A DNA stretch of 64,000 nt. It comes from the human T2T-CHM13v2.0 reference genome, Homo sapiens. The notes under the pieces were generated by a model. It had not been told where the DNA came from. It did no database searches and was given only the letters and a program-made list of their open reading frames with translations. The stretch is from the NCBI RefSeq assembly GCF_009914755.1, contig NC_060935.1; one strand, written 5' to 3'. The position numbers and the translations under genes are program-made. Position 1 is the stretch's first letter, and each line of letters starts with the position of its first letter. Shown one piece after another: positions 12,689-26,770 of the stretch.

Positions 12689-13369
12689 AGAGGGAAGTCT
12701 GCTTTGACGGTGAAATGTAAAATCCGTATCAAAGAATACATGCATATTTTACTAACAAAAATAGAAAAGTCATGATAAGATCCATTTTTAAGGAGCTCAA
12801 TATCTTCATGAACATCACATTTATGGTTGTTTGCTTGCTTACATTCCCAAGCCTTCCAGTACAATGAGGCATACACAGGTTTCTATGGCTAGGACTTAAA
12901 ACAATATTAACTGAATACATTTAAATATGAATTAATATATTCTCTTAAAGATAGACTATCTAGATGCAAATATCTAGAAAAAGGTATAACAACAAGATTC
13001 TAAAATTTAGGAGAGACACCAGGATTAGAGATTTAGCTTTGGGAATCATTCTCACAGAGTGTCTTTGACCTTGCACAAGATGGCCAGTTCTCTTGTATGG
13101 GGAATGTTTAAATCAAGTTATCTGCATGAATGTGATTCAATTGATAGTCATTTTTTGTCTAGTCATTTTTTGTCTAGTTATGAGGATTACCTCTGCTCCA
13201 GTTAACTTATATATATATTTTTTCTATCAAAAGTCACAGTGATTCTCTAAGAGGCTATGTTAATGTCTAGTGAGAAGCCTAACTCAGGCTCAAGCCCAGC
13301 TCCTCTTCATTCAGTCACCCTTTGAGGACAAAGAGGTAGCCATTTCATTGCTGCTGCCATACAAAGTAG

Positions 13370-13570
13370 GTTTTGGAAAAGAGCAAGCTTTATCCCCTAC
13401 CCTGGCCCTGATAGATATTGTCTATGTGACCTTGGCCTGGTTATTTAATCTTTATGAAGCTGTGTTCTCACCTGTAAAATTGAGAAAATAATACCTGGAA
13501 GAAATTATATGAGATTGTGAATATTAAATGTAGCACTGTACTTGGTACATAGAAGTTAATCAATAAATAA
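13370..13570 (+). mobile_element. MIR SINE
   Basis: TATGTGACCTTGG...CACCTGTAAAATTGAGAAAATAATACC...CAATAAAT. Confidence 0.75.
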
Positions 13571-14619
13571 GAGTGCAATTTTCTGGCACAGTCAGACTGT
13601 TAGGATGAAAGGGGAAAAACCACAAAATGGTTGATCTGAATATTTGGGCCATTGCAGCAGTGATATCTTGACAACTATGAGTTAATTCCTGAATTATGAA
13701 GCCTTGCCAAAAATACAAAGACATTTTCCAGATTTTACATTGAAATATTAGATTTCATGCCTGTGAGTAGCTACTACCCAAGTAAAATATTAAGTGACTT
13801 TAAGAAAATGGGGTGAGCATTTTGCTTTACTGAAGTTAATGCAGATCTGTAAAATAATTGATATAATCATTGATTATATAATTATTTTGATCCCTCAAAA
13901 TTAAGGTAGAAATTTTTTAAGGGCTTTCTTTGGGTTTTAGCTCATCTTTAGTTCCTCATGATAAAGATTATATGTACAGACTATTACATCATGTTCTCTT
14001 GTAATCTGATGCTGAGAGGGACTTAGGAAGCTTTTTGCATCCACTTAAAAATAAAATGCTACTGTTTTCTTGCTATGTCTTGAGTCCCTTGATTAATATG
14101 AAGTGCTTTCACTGGTATAAATTCATTTCCCAGGCAGCTTTCATAAAACATCAATTTGTAGAAGATTCACATTAAAAAAAAAACAGTTAAATAGTGCATT
14201 CTGCTCCTAAGCAAACTCAGAATATTAATTTGAAGTTGTAGGCCTTAGTTTACTCATTTCAAAAAGTTCTTGAAGTATTTGATCTTTAAGAAGTTATGCT
14301 TTCTATTGTTCTAAGACTCTAATTTACTAGGAAACAAAGTTATAAGCAATAACATTTTCTTCCACTAAATAGACGCATAAATAAATTGAGGAGTGACATA
14401 TTGCCTTCTAATTATGCCTGAATAATGCCTCAAATAGTATTACCCTGAGGCATATTTCTTCTGGTTTGCTTGGCCGGGCACTGCTTTATTCTTTTTCTGT
14501 TTCTCCTGTTCCTACATTTCCCAGCTCCTTGAAGCTAGATTCACTGCAAGTTTCATTGATCACTCAGACCAAGCTTATTTACAGCCAGATCTAGAAGCAA
14601 CCTGCTCCCATCCTACCTT

Positions 14620-15418
14620 TGTCTTATTGAGGCATGGAATGAAATATTTAGCATGAAAAATAAATACAAAATTACAAGCTTACAAAGCTGATAAAAGCCA
14701 CAAACCACACAATTCAAGTCTAATGAAATTATTGTTATACTAGTTAACTACCTGACAGGAAATTTTGACAACAAATTTTTTTTGTACATTATTTGGCTCT
14801 ATATTTTTTGAATAACTATTCACAATAATATTGTGATACCATTTCTGTAGATAATAGAGAATTCAGTCTTTCCATAATTGAGTGAAATCTGTGTTTATTA
14901 TTAATCATTTGGAAACATTTATTTCTTCATGGCTTATTAGTAATATACATATTTAGGATTATTGTCAAGTTTTAAAAACATTTATTCAGATATAGTCTCT
15001 GGCCATTTATCTTTGTGTCAGAATTTCAAATACACTGGCCTGCAATGATAAGAATATTTCAAGAAGCCAAACCTACATCCGGCTATGAACCACTTCAGGG
15101 TAGAGACTGAAAACTGCATACTCCTCTCACTAAATCCTAATTAAATGTATACCTAACTTAACTTCCTTTTGGCAGGGTTACAAAATTACTCACAGTTACT
15201 CCAAAGCCATTGGATATGAGTGACTTATAAAGAGGAAGGGGCATTACAAAGAGATAGTGGTCCCATCTGCAGAAACATCTTACTCTGGCAAATTTCACTA
15301 AACAACATGACAATGTGAACACCTTGCTTGGGCTCTCCAAGGGCATTGAAAGAAAAATCATGAAAGTGAGGGTTCCTGAAGCAAAAGCTCAGTTAGTGTC
15401 ATGGTAAAATTACCTCTG
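14620..15418 (-). mobile_element. hAT-Tip100 (Arthur1/MER69-like) DNA transposon remnant
   Basis: Ends CTGAAGCAAAAGCTCAGTTAGTGTCATGGTAAAATTACCTCTG, resembling the recalled Arthur1 terminus; left boundary uncertain. Confidence 0.55.
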
Positions 15419-15940
15419 TTCCACCTTTTAGCTTTGACCAGGTAACTACTGATCCCTAAAAAAGTCCCCTGCTAGGACAGGAACTATTCCCAGAGGCTCA
15501 GAACAGAGCCTGGGGCCTGGGTACTGATTTTGTTTTTGTCATTCCTACTGCTTAGCCTAATTAGTCCCATATCTCAGCCAGCTGCTTTGGGGTCTCACCT
15601 CATAAACACAGATTCCCAAAACTGCACAATGAAATAACAGTCAAATTGACACATAGCAGCAGCTCCCTAGATGTCTACTTTCCTCCTTCTTGTTACGTTG
15701 TGCTTAATTTGTAAATCCTACTTGTGTCTGTATAATCATTTGGTTTGCTATATGGAGGCTATGCCAGCTTCCCAGGTGGGTTCTGGTCCCTTGTTAATCC
15801 CATGTTGTCAACACACTTTAAGTTGGAAACTAATAGTTGGAAAACTTCTGGATTAAAATTAATTTTAGTATTTCCAAAGCTAAATGACTTGTAATTCTCT
15901 CCACACATGATCAAAGGACATAATATTAGAAGTATATATA

Positions 15941-15994
15941 TTAGGTTGGTGCAAAAGTAATTGTGGTTTTGCAATTATTTTTGGACCGACTTAA
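15941..15994. mobile_element. MADE1 (Hsmar1-derived mariner MITE), internally deleted
   Basis: TA|TTAGGTTGGTGCAAAAGTAATTG...CAATTATTTTTGGACCGACTTAA|TA, with TIRs and TA duplication. Confidence 0.9.
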
Positions 15995-16519
15995 TATCTA
16001 CATTAGTCAGTAGGCAATCACACAGGAGACTGTAGCCAGCATCCTACTTCCTGTAACGATGCTCCTGGCAGACAGCATTAATCAACCATAGCTCTTCTCC
16101 CAAGTGATCCTAAATGCAGGTTTAAAAGTGTGGCTTTCTTCAATTATATGCTTACTAATACCTTGAGGATAATAGTTTATATTCTAGGGAAGTTCGGAAC
16201 AGTTTAAATTTTATCTTAATAATTTGATTTTATAGTATGCATCTTCATCAGTATTATATAAATACTGTTCAGTATTATATAAATACGTGTTCAATGAGGA
16301 AACTGATGTTTTCAGAAGCTACAATAGTAAAAGACATATATGTACTCGTTCTCTATAAACAGCATTTCTTATCTGACATATAAACCAGGATTCTAAGCCA
16401 GGTCTTACTCCAGACTCAGTATATATCTGAGGCATTTCTTCTCTCAGTGCACATCTTCTTCCCTTCTCCTCTTCCCAGATTGCTTTGGAAAAATCACTCA
16501 ATATCTCTATCTTTCCACA

Positions 16520-16533
16520 TCTGTCTGTCTGTC

Positions 16534-16581
<48 letters not shown>

Positions 16582-16622
16582 TTATGTATGTAGCTATCTA
16601 TGTATCTATCTGTCCTTACCTA

Positions 16623-16675
<53 letters not shown>

Positions 16676-16690
16676 GGTACCTATCTATCT
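16520..16690. repeat. Compound (TCTG)/(TCTA)n tetranucleotide microsatellite
   Basis: (CTAT)12 at 16534-16581 and (ATCT)13 at 16623-16674. Confidence 0.95.
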
Positions 16691-16998
16691 ATTGATTCTC
16701 ATTATCATTATTTGTGGTAGTTATATCCTATAAACTCACTGCAAACATTGAATTAGTGAATACTAAACTATTGATCCTAGGGGAAATACAACATTAGGGT
16801 CCTGCAAGCCTCTAGTCATAACATGTTCATCAAATAATAAATATATAATTTTATGTGTGTTTATGTTTAAAGGTACTTTACTGTGTGTGTGTGTGTATAT
16901 ATATATATACATATACATATATTATTGATGTATTAATATTGAACTCATGGCCAACAGTGCTAGAACTCATTCCTGAATGAAGTTTATCTCACACATGT
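16690..16998 (+). mobile_element. MER82 (TcMar-Tigger) 5' half
   Basis: TTGATTCTCATTA...GAATTAGTGAATACTAAAC...CCTAGGGGAAATACA...TTGAACTCATGGCCAACAG. Confidence 0.8.
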
Positions 16999-16999
16999 A

Positions 17000-17308
<309 letters not shown>

Positions 17309-17318
17309 TCACATATGT

Positions 17319-17620
17319 TTTGTTGTTGTTGTTGTTGTTGAGACAGAGTCTCGCTCTGTCACCCAGGCTGGAGTGCACTGGTGCAATCTTGACTCACTGC
17401 AACCTTTACCTCCTGGGTTCAAGTGATTCTCATGCCTAGCCTACCAAGTAGCTGAGATTACAGGCACCCGCCATCATGCCCGGCTAATTTTTGTGTTTTT
17501 AGTAGAGATTGGGTTTCATCATGTTGGCCAGGCTGGTCTTGAGCTCCTGACCTCAGGTGATCCACCCACCTCAGCCTCCTAAGGTACTGGGATTACAGGC
17601 ATGAGCTACCTTTCCTGGCC
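17319..17620 (-). mobile_element. AluS (Sx-like) with (TTG)n-converted tail
   Basis: Full Alu; CTCCTGACCTCAGGTGATCCACC. Confidence 0.95.
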
Positions 17621-19149
17621 ATAAGTATTTCTTAGTTCAGAACAGTTTCCACAAATTTCTCTCTTTTCTAAATTTCTAAAATGTTACTGTCTTATTCATC
17701 TAGTTATTAACATACTTGATTAGTAATTTCTCCTTTCATGTTCATTTTTCTCAGCTTAATCATCGCCATCCCCATCATCTGCACCATCATTGCCATTAAC
17801 ATATACTAAGACTTTTCTGTGTTTTACATGCATTACACCACTGAATTTTTACAACACTGTTTTTTGAAGTAGGTTGAAGTGATATTTAAAATATTTAACA
17901 ACTTATCCATCATGAACATTGACCTTGATGAATAGATGCTGGCAATAAACAACCGTTATAATGATAATGATGGGCACTAGTGGAATATCTGCCAGAAGGT
18001 CATTACAATTATCATTTTAATTTTGTAGATCTGTTCCTGGAAAAAAAATCCAGAGTGATTAGTCTGAATCTGACAGAAGAATGTGAAAATAGACACATAA
18101 ATGAGTAAAGCGCAGTTCTCACTCTCATGGAGAATATACACTAGTTGAGAGGACGTAAATAAAAACTAGGTCCCTTATTTTTTCTTATTTCCAGAACTTG
18201 GTATAATGATGTCTGAATATTAAATAATGAAAAATCTTTTTGATTATAGTAATGATAATGACAGCATTGTTAGGCATTAGGCAGGTCAAAAAGCAGCCAG
18301 TTTCCATCTTAATAAGTGTTTTAAAAATGCACGTCTGACCCTGATACCTGCTGTACATCTATAAAAATAAAAAAAGAGAGAACAGTAAAGAGAAAGATCC
18401 GATGAATGGTGCAATTTGTTTTTTGTTTAGGTGGCTCCAATCTCTGATAAAGTAGCAAAAAGTGGAAATTGTATTAGAAAGAGCATGAAACCTTATTTTT
18501 CCAAATGGATTCTATTTACCATCCACATTATTAGATAGAACTACCTGCTGGGAAATAGTATTACTTCTTCAGCCTCTATTCACATTTGTTAAAATAATGA
18601 TGCCATCTCAAATATTTATGTAAACCTGCTAGCTCATTTTTGAAATATTGACATAAATATTCATTAAATATTATTAGTAGGGATCTTTATTCTGATCCAA
18701 ACAGAAGTGCTTGAAGTATTAATTAGGTGTTCAAAACCTAGTTAAACTAAATTAAAAATCCATTCCAAATTAAAACCTAGAGGTACTAAAAATATTGTGG
18801 AAGCAAACATGGTTGTGGAAATAGGACAGTGAGCTGCTTTCCAGGGCAGGGGCTTCAATGGAACAGATACATTGTAGGGGGCGCATCTTCATTTATTTCT
18901 ACGTTGAATCGAGCTTCTTCCATCACAGAAACCTTATTATGCTAGGCTTGATGCTAGGCACTTCTAATCCTATATCTCATGTTCTATTTGTTTCCCTGCT
19001 CCTCCCTGAAATGTCCACTGTTCAGGACGGTGGTGACTGCAGATCTGGTATGTTAGTCTCAACTTATGAATGTGGTTGTAACATCACAGAGCATGCTATA
19101 TTTTAGAAAGATTTTCTGCTCTTCTTCCTATTTGGAGAAGAAAGGGTCT

Positions 19150-19370
19150 ATCTCAGCCCTGAGTGGCAGAGATCCTAGTATTTGGAATGAGAAGATATTA
19201 ATTCAAGTCCGGACTTTGCAATTTATTAGCTCTCGAACAAAGTATTCATTTGAACTTTAGTTTATTTAACTGCTAAGTTGAGAAAGCAGTCCAATTTGTT
19301 TAGTGACATTTCAGAGGCGTTATGATGATGGAATGACATGTAATGTAATGCATGAAAGGTGGATAAATTT
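19150..19370 (+). mobile_element. MIR SINE (degenerate)
   Basis: Degenerate MIR core and tail. Confidence 0.5.
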
Positions 19371-19569
19371 ATATCATTATGTAAATTGCATTATTATGTT
19401 GTTAAGTACAATGATTACATGTTATTCAATCACCTATAAACTCATTTAATTTTTATATATCTCTGAAGTAGGCATTATCACTCTTGTTCTGGAGATAATG
19501 GAAAGTGAAACTCAGATGTATCAATACAATTGTTCAAAGGTAGCAATAGAGCTATGGCTTGATATCAGA

Positions 19570-20155
19570 TTTTTTAAATTATACTTTAAGTTCTGGGGTA
19601 CATGTGCAGAACGTGCAGGTTTGTTACATAGGTATACACATGCGATGGTGGTTTGCTGCACCTATCAACCCGTCATCTACATTAGGTATTTCTCCTAATG
19701 CCATCCCTCCCCTAGTCCCCCACCCCCTGACAGACTCCGGTGTGTGATGTTCCCCTCCTTGTGTCCAGGTGTTCTCATTGTTCAACTCCCACTTATGAGT
19801 GAGAACATGCAGTGTTTGGTTTTCTGTTCCTGTGTTCCTTTGCTGAGACTGATGGATTCCAGCTTCATCCATGTCCCTGCAAAGGGCATGAACTCATCCT
19901 TTTTTATGGCTGCTTAGCATTCCGTAGTGTATATGTGCCACATTTTCTTAATCCAGTCTATCATTGATGGGCATTTGGGTTGGTTCCAAGATTTTGCTAT
20001 TGTGAACGGTGCTGCAATAAACATACGTGTACATGTGACTTTATAGTAGAATGATTTATAATCTTTTGGGCATGTACCTAGTAAAGGGATTGCTGGGTCA
20101 AATGGTATTTCTGGTTCTAGATCCTTGAGGAATCACCACACTGCCTTCCACAGTG
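19570..20155 (-). mobile_element. 5'-truncated L1PA (L1PA6/7-like) 3' end
   Basis: TTATACTTTAAGTTCTGGGGTACATGTGCAGAACGTGCAGG...CTAGATCCTTGAGGAATCACCACACTG. Confidence 0.95.
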
Positions 20156-20476
20156 AACGAATTTTTAATACCCAAATCAGTTCCACTGCACTACAGATGT
20201 GTGCTAGGCAAGGCACACTTGACCAAGGCATTTATAATCAAGTTAAGGGGCAGAAAGGCTGGTAGGTGGCGGGAGGCAGAGGCTATGCCAGTGAGACTTA
20301 AAGCCTTAGCATCAGCTTTGCTTTAATGTAAGTTAATTTATAAAAATCATACAATATGAAAAAATGTCATCTAAAGTTTGATAATATATTTGGTCTCAGA
20401 AGACTTTAGAAGAGGATACATGAGGGTATTTAAGAGGCTACTTTTCTGTTTTTCCTTTTTTCCCTTTCCTCCCTTC

Positions 20477-20575
20477 TTTTTATTGATGCATAATAGATAT
20501 CCAGAGTTTTGGGACACATGCCATAATTTAATATATTCATATGATTTGTAAAGATCAGATCAGTGTACTTGGGAG
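20477..20575 (-). mobile_element. L1MA (MA1-3-like) extreme 3' fragment
   Basis: TTTTATTGATGCATAATAGAT...TTGTAAAGATCAGATCAGTGTACTTGGGA. Confidence 0.7.
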
Positions 20576-20777
20576 CCTGTATAACCATCGCTGCTATGTT
20601 ATACTCCTTTGTACATATCACACCACCATGGGGCTATGGCACTCAAATTTATTTCACTGTTGTGTACTAGTCCATCTATTCTCCTCTGAGGAAGGAAGAT
20701 TCTTTCCTCCAAGTAGATCCTAGGTATTTTTTCCCAGATCTGAATACAGATGGTGAGTACAACATGAAAGGGTAGTT

Positions 20778-21316
20778 GTATTAGTCTTCTATTGTTGCTC
20801 TAACAAATTATCACATTCTTAGTGGCTTATAGCAATGCAGACTTATTTACTTTTTTAAAATTTAATTACAGTTCTGAAGGTTAGAAGTTTAAAATTATTC
20901 TCACTAGTCTAAAGATGTGGTGTTAGCAGGGCTGATTCCCCTTGGAGGTCCTAGGAAAGAATCCATTGCCTTGTCATTTCCACCTTCTAGAGACCAGCGA
21001 CATCCCTTGGCTCACAGTCCCTTCCTTCATCTTCAAAGCCAGCAACATAGCAGCTTCACATCTCTTTCCTTCTTTCCCATTACTTCGACTTTCATTTTGC
21101 CTTCCCTGCCTTTGACTTTGTCTCCTTTTTATAAAAATCCCTTGTGATTATATCATTAGGCCAACGTAGAAAATCCAGACTAACCTCCCTTCCCCATCTC
21201 AAAATACTTAATCACAGCTACAAAGTTTCTTTTGCCATATAAGGTATCATTTTTGTAGGTCCTGATCATTAGGATTTAATATTTTTGGGGGACCTGGCAT
21301 TATTCATCCCACTATA
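20778..21316 (-). mobile_element. MLT1D-like MaLR solo LTR
   Basis: TGTATTAGTCTTCTATTGTTGCTCTAACAAATTATCAC...CCTTCATCTTCAAAGCCAGCAAC...GGCATTATTCATCCCACTATA. Confidence 0.85.
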
Positions 21317-21319
21317 ATA

Positions 21320-21649
21320 CAGTCATGTGTTGCATAAAGACATTTCATTGCTGACAAACTGCATATTTGACAGTAGTCCCATACGAGCATATTACTATAG
21401 TTTACCTTTTCTATGTTAGATACATGAATACTTACCATTATGTTACAATTACCTACAGTATTCAGTACAGTAACATGCTGTCTATGTTGGTTGCCTAGGA
21501 GCAATAGGTTATACCATGTAGCCTAGGTATGTAGTAGGCAACACCATCTAGGTTTGTGTAAGTACACTTTATGATGTTAACACAATGATTTAATTATCTA
21601 ATAATGCATTTACCAGAATGTAGCCCCATCATTAAGTGACACATGACTG
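21320..21649 (+). mobile_element. Tigger3a (MER7A) DNA transposon MITE, complete
   Basis: TA|CAGTCATGTGT...ACACATGACTG|TA TIRs and TA TSD; internal TAGCCTAGGTATGTAGTAGG. Confidence 0.9.
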
Positions 21650-22763
21650 TAGTTGATATTTTTATTTTGAAATTATTTTCTATTTGTTAGTAGAATTTAT
21701 GTTCCAACCAGATAACAATGTAAAATATCATGAGTTAATTATATTCCTTTTATTACTACCAGTGAAAAGAAGACACAGGGTTAGGTCTTTTTAAAGGTAA
21801 AAGGCAAGCCTCTGTTCTGTGGGTTCACAGTTTGAAAAAAATCTATTTTTGCTATTTGAGATACCATGTAGACAGTGATGGGTTCAATATAGTCATAACA
21901 GTCATGATGAGTTGTGTTCTATTAATGAGTTTTGAGCTTATTAAATTTATCTTTTCTAAATATGCTATGAAATTAGAGTTTTCATTTTTCACCATAGACT
22001 CCAAGTATCATGGATGATATAAAATTAACCACTCTAATGAATAAACAGCATGTTTTTTTAACAAAATTATGATCAAAATACACTAGACTTTTTAAGCCTC
22101 CCTCAGAAGAGTGAAGGATTAAAGACAAGTTCAGAATTGTTAATCTATTTGTGTTTTAATAAGAGAAAGAGACAATAGAACTTAACATAATAGTGATAAT
22201 CACTTTATAACTGTGCAATGCTTTATATTTTTAAATAATTAATTGTCCTTTATTTTATTTAATCCTCAGGTATAGCACATATTTTCAATTATGGTAAGGT
22301 TGTTTTGAGTAAGAAAAAAATAAGCATAATCTAATTTTCAAGGTGCGTTGGGAACACATTTTTCCACTAGAATTTGTAATACTACAGGGTAATATTTTTA
22401 AGCCTTAATTTTCTAGCTTGTCCTTTTATTTCTGACAGTGAAAAACTTAATGTATCTTCTAAAATAGCAGCACTCATTCTTCCCTTCCCTCTGGACTTTG
22501 GGTGGAGAGAATGACAGTGCAGGAATTCACATGGAATTCTGCTGACCTAGAGAAAAGGTGCTCCTTTATCAAAAAAAGACATTCCTTTCCTGGAATTTTT
22601 CTAACTCACAGTCTGAGATGCCCACATTTCCTAACTCATGTCATTTCCCCTTAGGTCTTCAACCGTGATTTCTGTGTGCAGTTATCCTTCATGAACATTG
22701 GGCTGTTTTATCTATATTACTCCTTTCCTAAATTTATCATCTTCAACTGCAAACAAGCTCTTA

Positions 22764-23053
<290 letters not shown>

Positions 23054-23264
23054 TTGTTGATGTTGCTCTAGTCATCACCCTTCACATTTTACAGCAACGA
23101 CAAAATCTCTAGAACTTTCTTCCAAACACTGACCATTTGTCAGCATACATTTTCCTTAAAAAATGGGAGCCATCAGTTGCAAATCTTCCACAGTGAACCC
23201 AGGCACAACTGCTTCTTACTATCCATCTTTAGTCCTTCTACTTATAAACCATGCTTCCTTATTT

Positions 23265-23586
<322 letters not shown>

Positions 23587-23749
23587 CCATGCTTCCTTAT
23601 TTCTAGGCAATATTGTACTATTGATACTTTGTCTTTTTTCAGTGTGGTCATCATATTCACATTACTTCCTTGTTCCTTATTATTTGGGTAAGTCAAGCCT
23701 CAACCATCTTAAAAACTAACAAAATAAAACATAACCAGAATGGAGAATA

Positions 23750-24000
23750 ATAACAGGTACTCAGAAGTCAGAAAATCTAAGTTTATATCCAGGTTCCACA
23801 ACTGGGCAATTGATCTGACCTTGACAATTTGCTGAGCCTATTTGTGCCTCTGTTTCCTCTTCTGTAAAATCAAATAATTATAGTATACTTTATAAGGAGT
23901 TTGAAAAAGATTAAATGGAATAACATATATAATGGGCATGTAATAGTGCCTGGCATGTAGGTAACACTCAGCAAGTTAGTTGTAGTTATTATTCTTATTA
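23750..24000 (+). mobile_element. MIR SINE
   Basis: GTGCCTCTGTTTCCTCTTCTGTAAAAT...AGTGCCTGGCATGTAGGTAACACTCAGCAA. Confidence 0.85.
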
Positions 24001-24039
24001 TCCAGCACATAGTAAACTGTCGGTAAACGTTTGTCATGC

Positions 24040-24880
24040 TGTTGTCATCCTCCCGTGACCCAAATGGCCTCACACAGTCATAGTCATTTGGAAGTTAAAG
24101 TCTATCCATCCTCCCCTTTAATGGCTTCACATTGTCCATGAGATAAAGTTTCTGCTTGATCTGACACCTCACTACATTTCAACCTCATCCCATACCACTC
24201 TATGCACTTGGTCTCTATGCTCTGGTGATACTGAAGCTCATTTCAGCAGCTCATTTTAATATTTCTCAGGCATTTGAACAACAGTGGAGTAAGCACTCAT
24301 TGCATGCAAGCTATTACTTGCAGTTTACTATTATTATTATCAGCAGGCTTAGCCACCTCACTCAGGTTCTCCCCATCAAACCCTTCTGTCTCTCAGAATG
24401 TGCAGGGTTAACTTTAAGATGATTTTAACATCTGATAGGCTCTCCTGCTGAAAAAGTCCTTTTATTTTATCTTTAAAAAATTAAAAGGGAAGCAATAAAT
24501 GATGGTTCTTCAAGAAAATACATGTTCTCTTGCATATTTCTGGCTTTTCTTATTGCTCCTATGCCTGGAACACCCTTCTCTCCCTCATTTGCCTGATATA
24601 TTGAATTATTAGGACTTGGCTTAGGTGTAAACTCCACCTGGAAACCTCTCTTTTCTCTCAATGGCTCTGACATATCCCTCTTAGCGTACCTGTAACACAC
24701 TGTTTAGCCCTACCAAAGCATATATCATATCATATTGCCATCTGGATGTTTCCCTTACTAGACTTTCAGCACACTGGGGGCGGGGAGGGGAATGCACGTG
24801 AGTCTTTCTTATCTTTGCACCCCTTGCCTGTGACACTCTTCTAGCCCAAAAGAGGCTGAGTATAGAACAAGGACAAAAAG
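24040..24880 (+). mobile_element. L2 LINE 3' fragments
   Basis: CCCCTTTAATGGCTTCACATTG; CCTATGCCTGGAACACCCTT; pyrimidine-rich L2 body. Confidence 0.65.
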
Positions 24881-26559
24881 AAAACAAATATTCTTCAATT
24901 TGCAAAGTTTTCATCCTCCTCTTACTGTGAATCAGTCTGTTTTTGACAGAGTCTCATAGTGGCTTCCAAGCATTCCCATCAAATAAAATTCCCATTAGGG
25001 CACTCAGCGGTGTTCATGAAGGTTACTCCTGAATTCTCAGAACTTAGAAGTGGTAAAAAGTTTATGTTCCCAAGAGTAGCCTATGCTTTCTTTCCAGTGT
25101 AATAATCTCACTTTGTGGTTTGCCACTGGGGATTGTAAGTTGTCATGCGAATTCTTCATTCTCTTTTTTTCCTGCTTTAAGGCTCATAAGGACACCTATT
25201 TGCTGGGGAACATGAAATTGGGTAGAGTATAATTGCTTTCTCATTCTGTCAGATTCTCTCTAGGACCTTAAAACAGATCTATAATATTAACCTGAGGTGG
25301 AGAAAAGAAGCAATTATTCTGATAGTCCAGCCTAAGAAAGTGCAGTGGAAAACAAAGCCAGGTGTGAATTTTGAATTAACTCGAATTCCACTGCAGAGCT
25401 CAAAATAAGCAATAAGAAAGTGAAGTTTCCTGAGTGTATTGCTGTAGCTCCTATCTATTCTAACATTAATTAAGAAAATCTAGTCCTATGATGGCCTGAA
25501 AGATTGAATTATATTTGGGAAGCCAAAAATACCTTTCTCTTTTCCCTTCTCCTCTCCTCCTTCTCCTTTTTTTCATTATTTTTTCTTTTTCTCTGTCTTC
25601 TCTTTAAATATAGAAATCCCAAGAAAACCCTGGAAAAGGCCCATTAAACTAATAAAATACGACCATGGAGTATTATAAATTGTAACCAATGATTATCCCC
25701 TCATCCACTTCGTGCAAAGATTCCTGCAGGCATCAATTAGACAATGAGGCCACTGTAATGTTTGGCCAGTTCTGACTTTGACAGACTCTACTGGGGAGTT
25801 GAAAAAATAGTGTATATATTTTAAACTTAAACCTTATTTTCAGTTAAAACTGATGGTAATGATGATCTAGTGAAGGAAGGCTTTGTGTGTGTGTATGGCA
25901 ATTCTCTTTTGGGCTTAGAGTTGTGTCAAAGAAACCAGAAAAAGAAAATGACAATGAAGCTCCCAGGATAAAGGAATAAAATATTTTTTACATCTTGCAA
26001 CAAATGAGAGCCCAGAACATGTGACTGTGAAACTGTACTTGCTGAAGAATGAGCTCATTTTTTATTGATGGTGAACTCTGAGCTGTCTTTTAAGGGAGCT
26101 GGTTGCAGAACTTCTTTCCCATCATCTTGTCCTAGATTATTGACGCTGTAATCTTTTCACCAGGAAACATTAATTTTGAACTAAGGCTAAACATTACTTA
26201 TAAGCTTTACATCAATAATTCTTTAAAAATTATTGGGTAGAATTTGATTTTGCTCAGAAATCTATTTTGTTTTTGGGTTATTTTTAATACCACTATTCAT
26301 GGGCACATGTTTATATATTAGTTTTTGCTAAGAGTGGGGCTAAATTCTAACATTCAATGGGCTAATTAAATAAGTTACATAATAATTTTTATATGTATGA
26401 TGTTGAAAATGAAGTTAATTTAATATCTAATATATTGTTAGCCTATTGTTTCAAATTATCTAAAACTGTTTTCCAATATATGCATTAATAAAACATTTTA
26501 TTCTATATTAGATTCTTAATTTCAAAAAAGCTAGAGTGATTATAATTTATTATTAAAAA

Positions 26560-26770
26560 CTTAAGCAGTATGCTGCTTTAGGAATAAATAGGCTTGCGTG
26601 CAAATACCTGGGTGTTAACCCAGCTATGCCCTGTCACTAGTAACAAGTAACGTTGCTTTTAGAACCTTATTTGTCTTACTGTAAAATGGAAATAATACCT
26701 TCCAAACTTCAGCCTGTTTCACAACATGTGGTAACAACCAAATGCAGTCACGTGTAATAAACACATGTTT
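26560..26770 (+). mobile_element. MIR SINE
   Basis: ACCTGGGTGTTAACCCAGCTATGCC...CTGTAAAATGGAAATAATACC. Confidence 0.75.

Noticed and set aside
16485-16676. ORF with IYLS repeats
   Set aside because: Translation of the (TCTA)n microsatellite.
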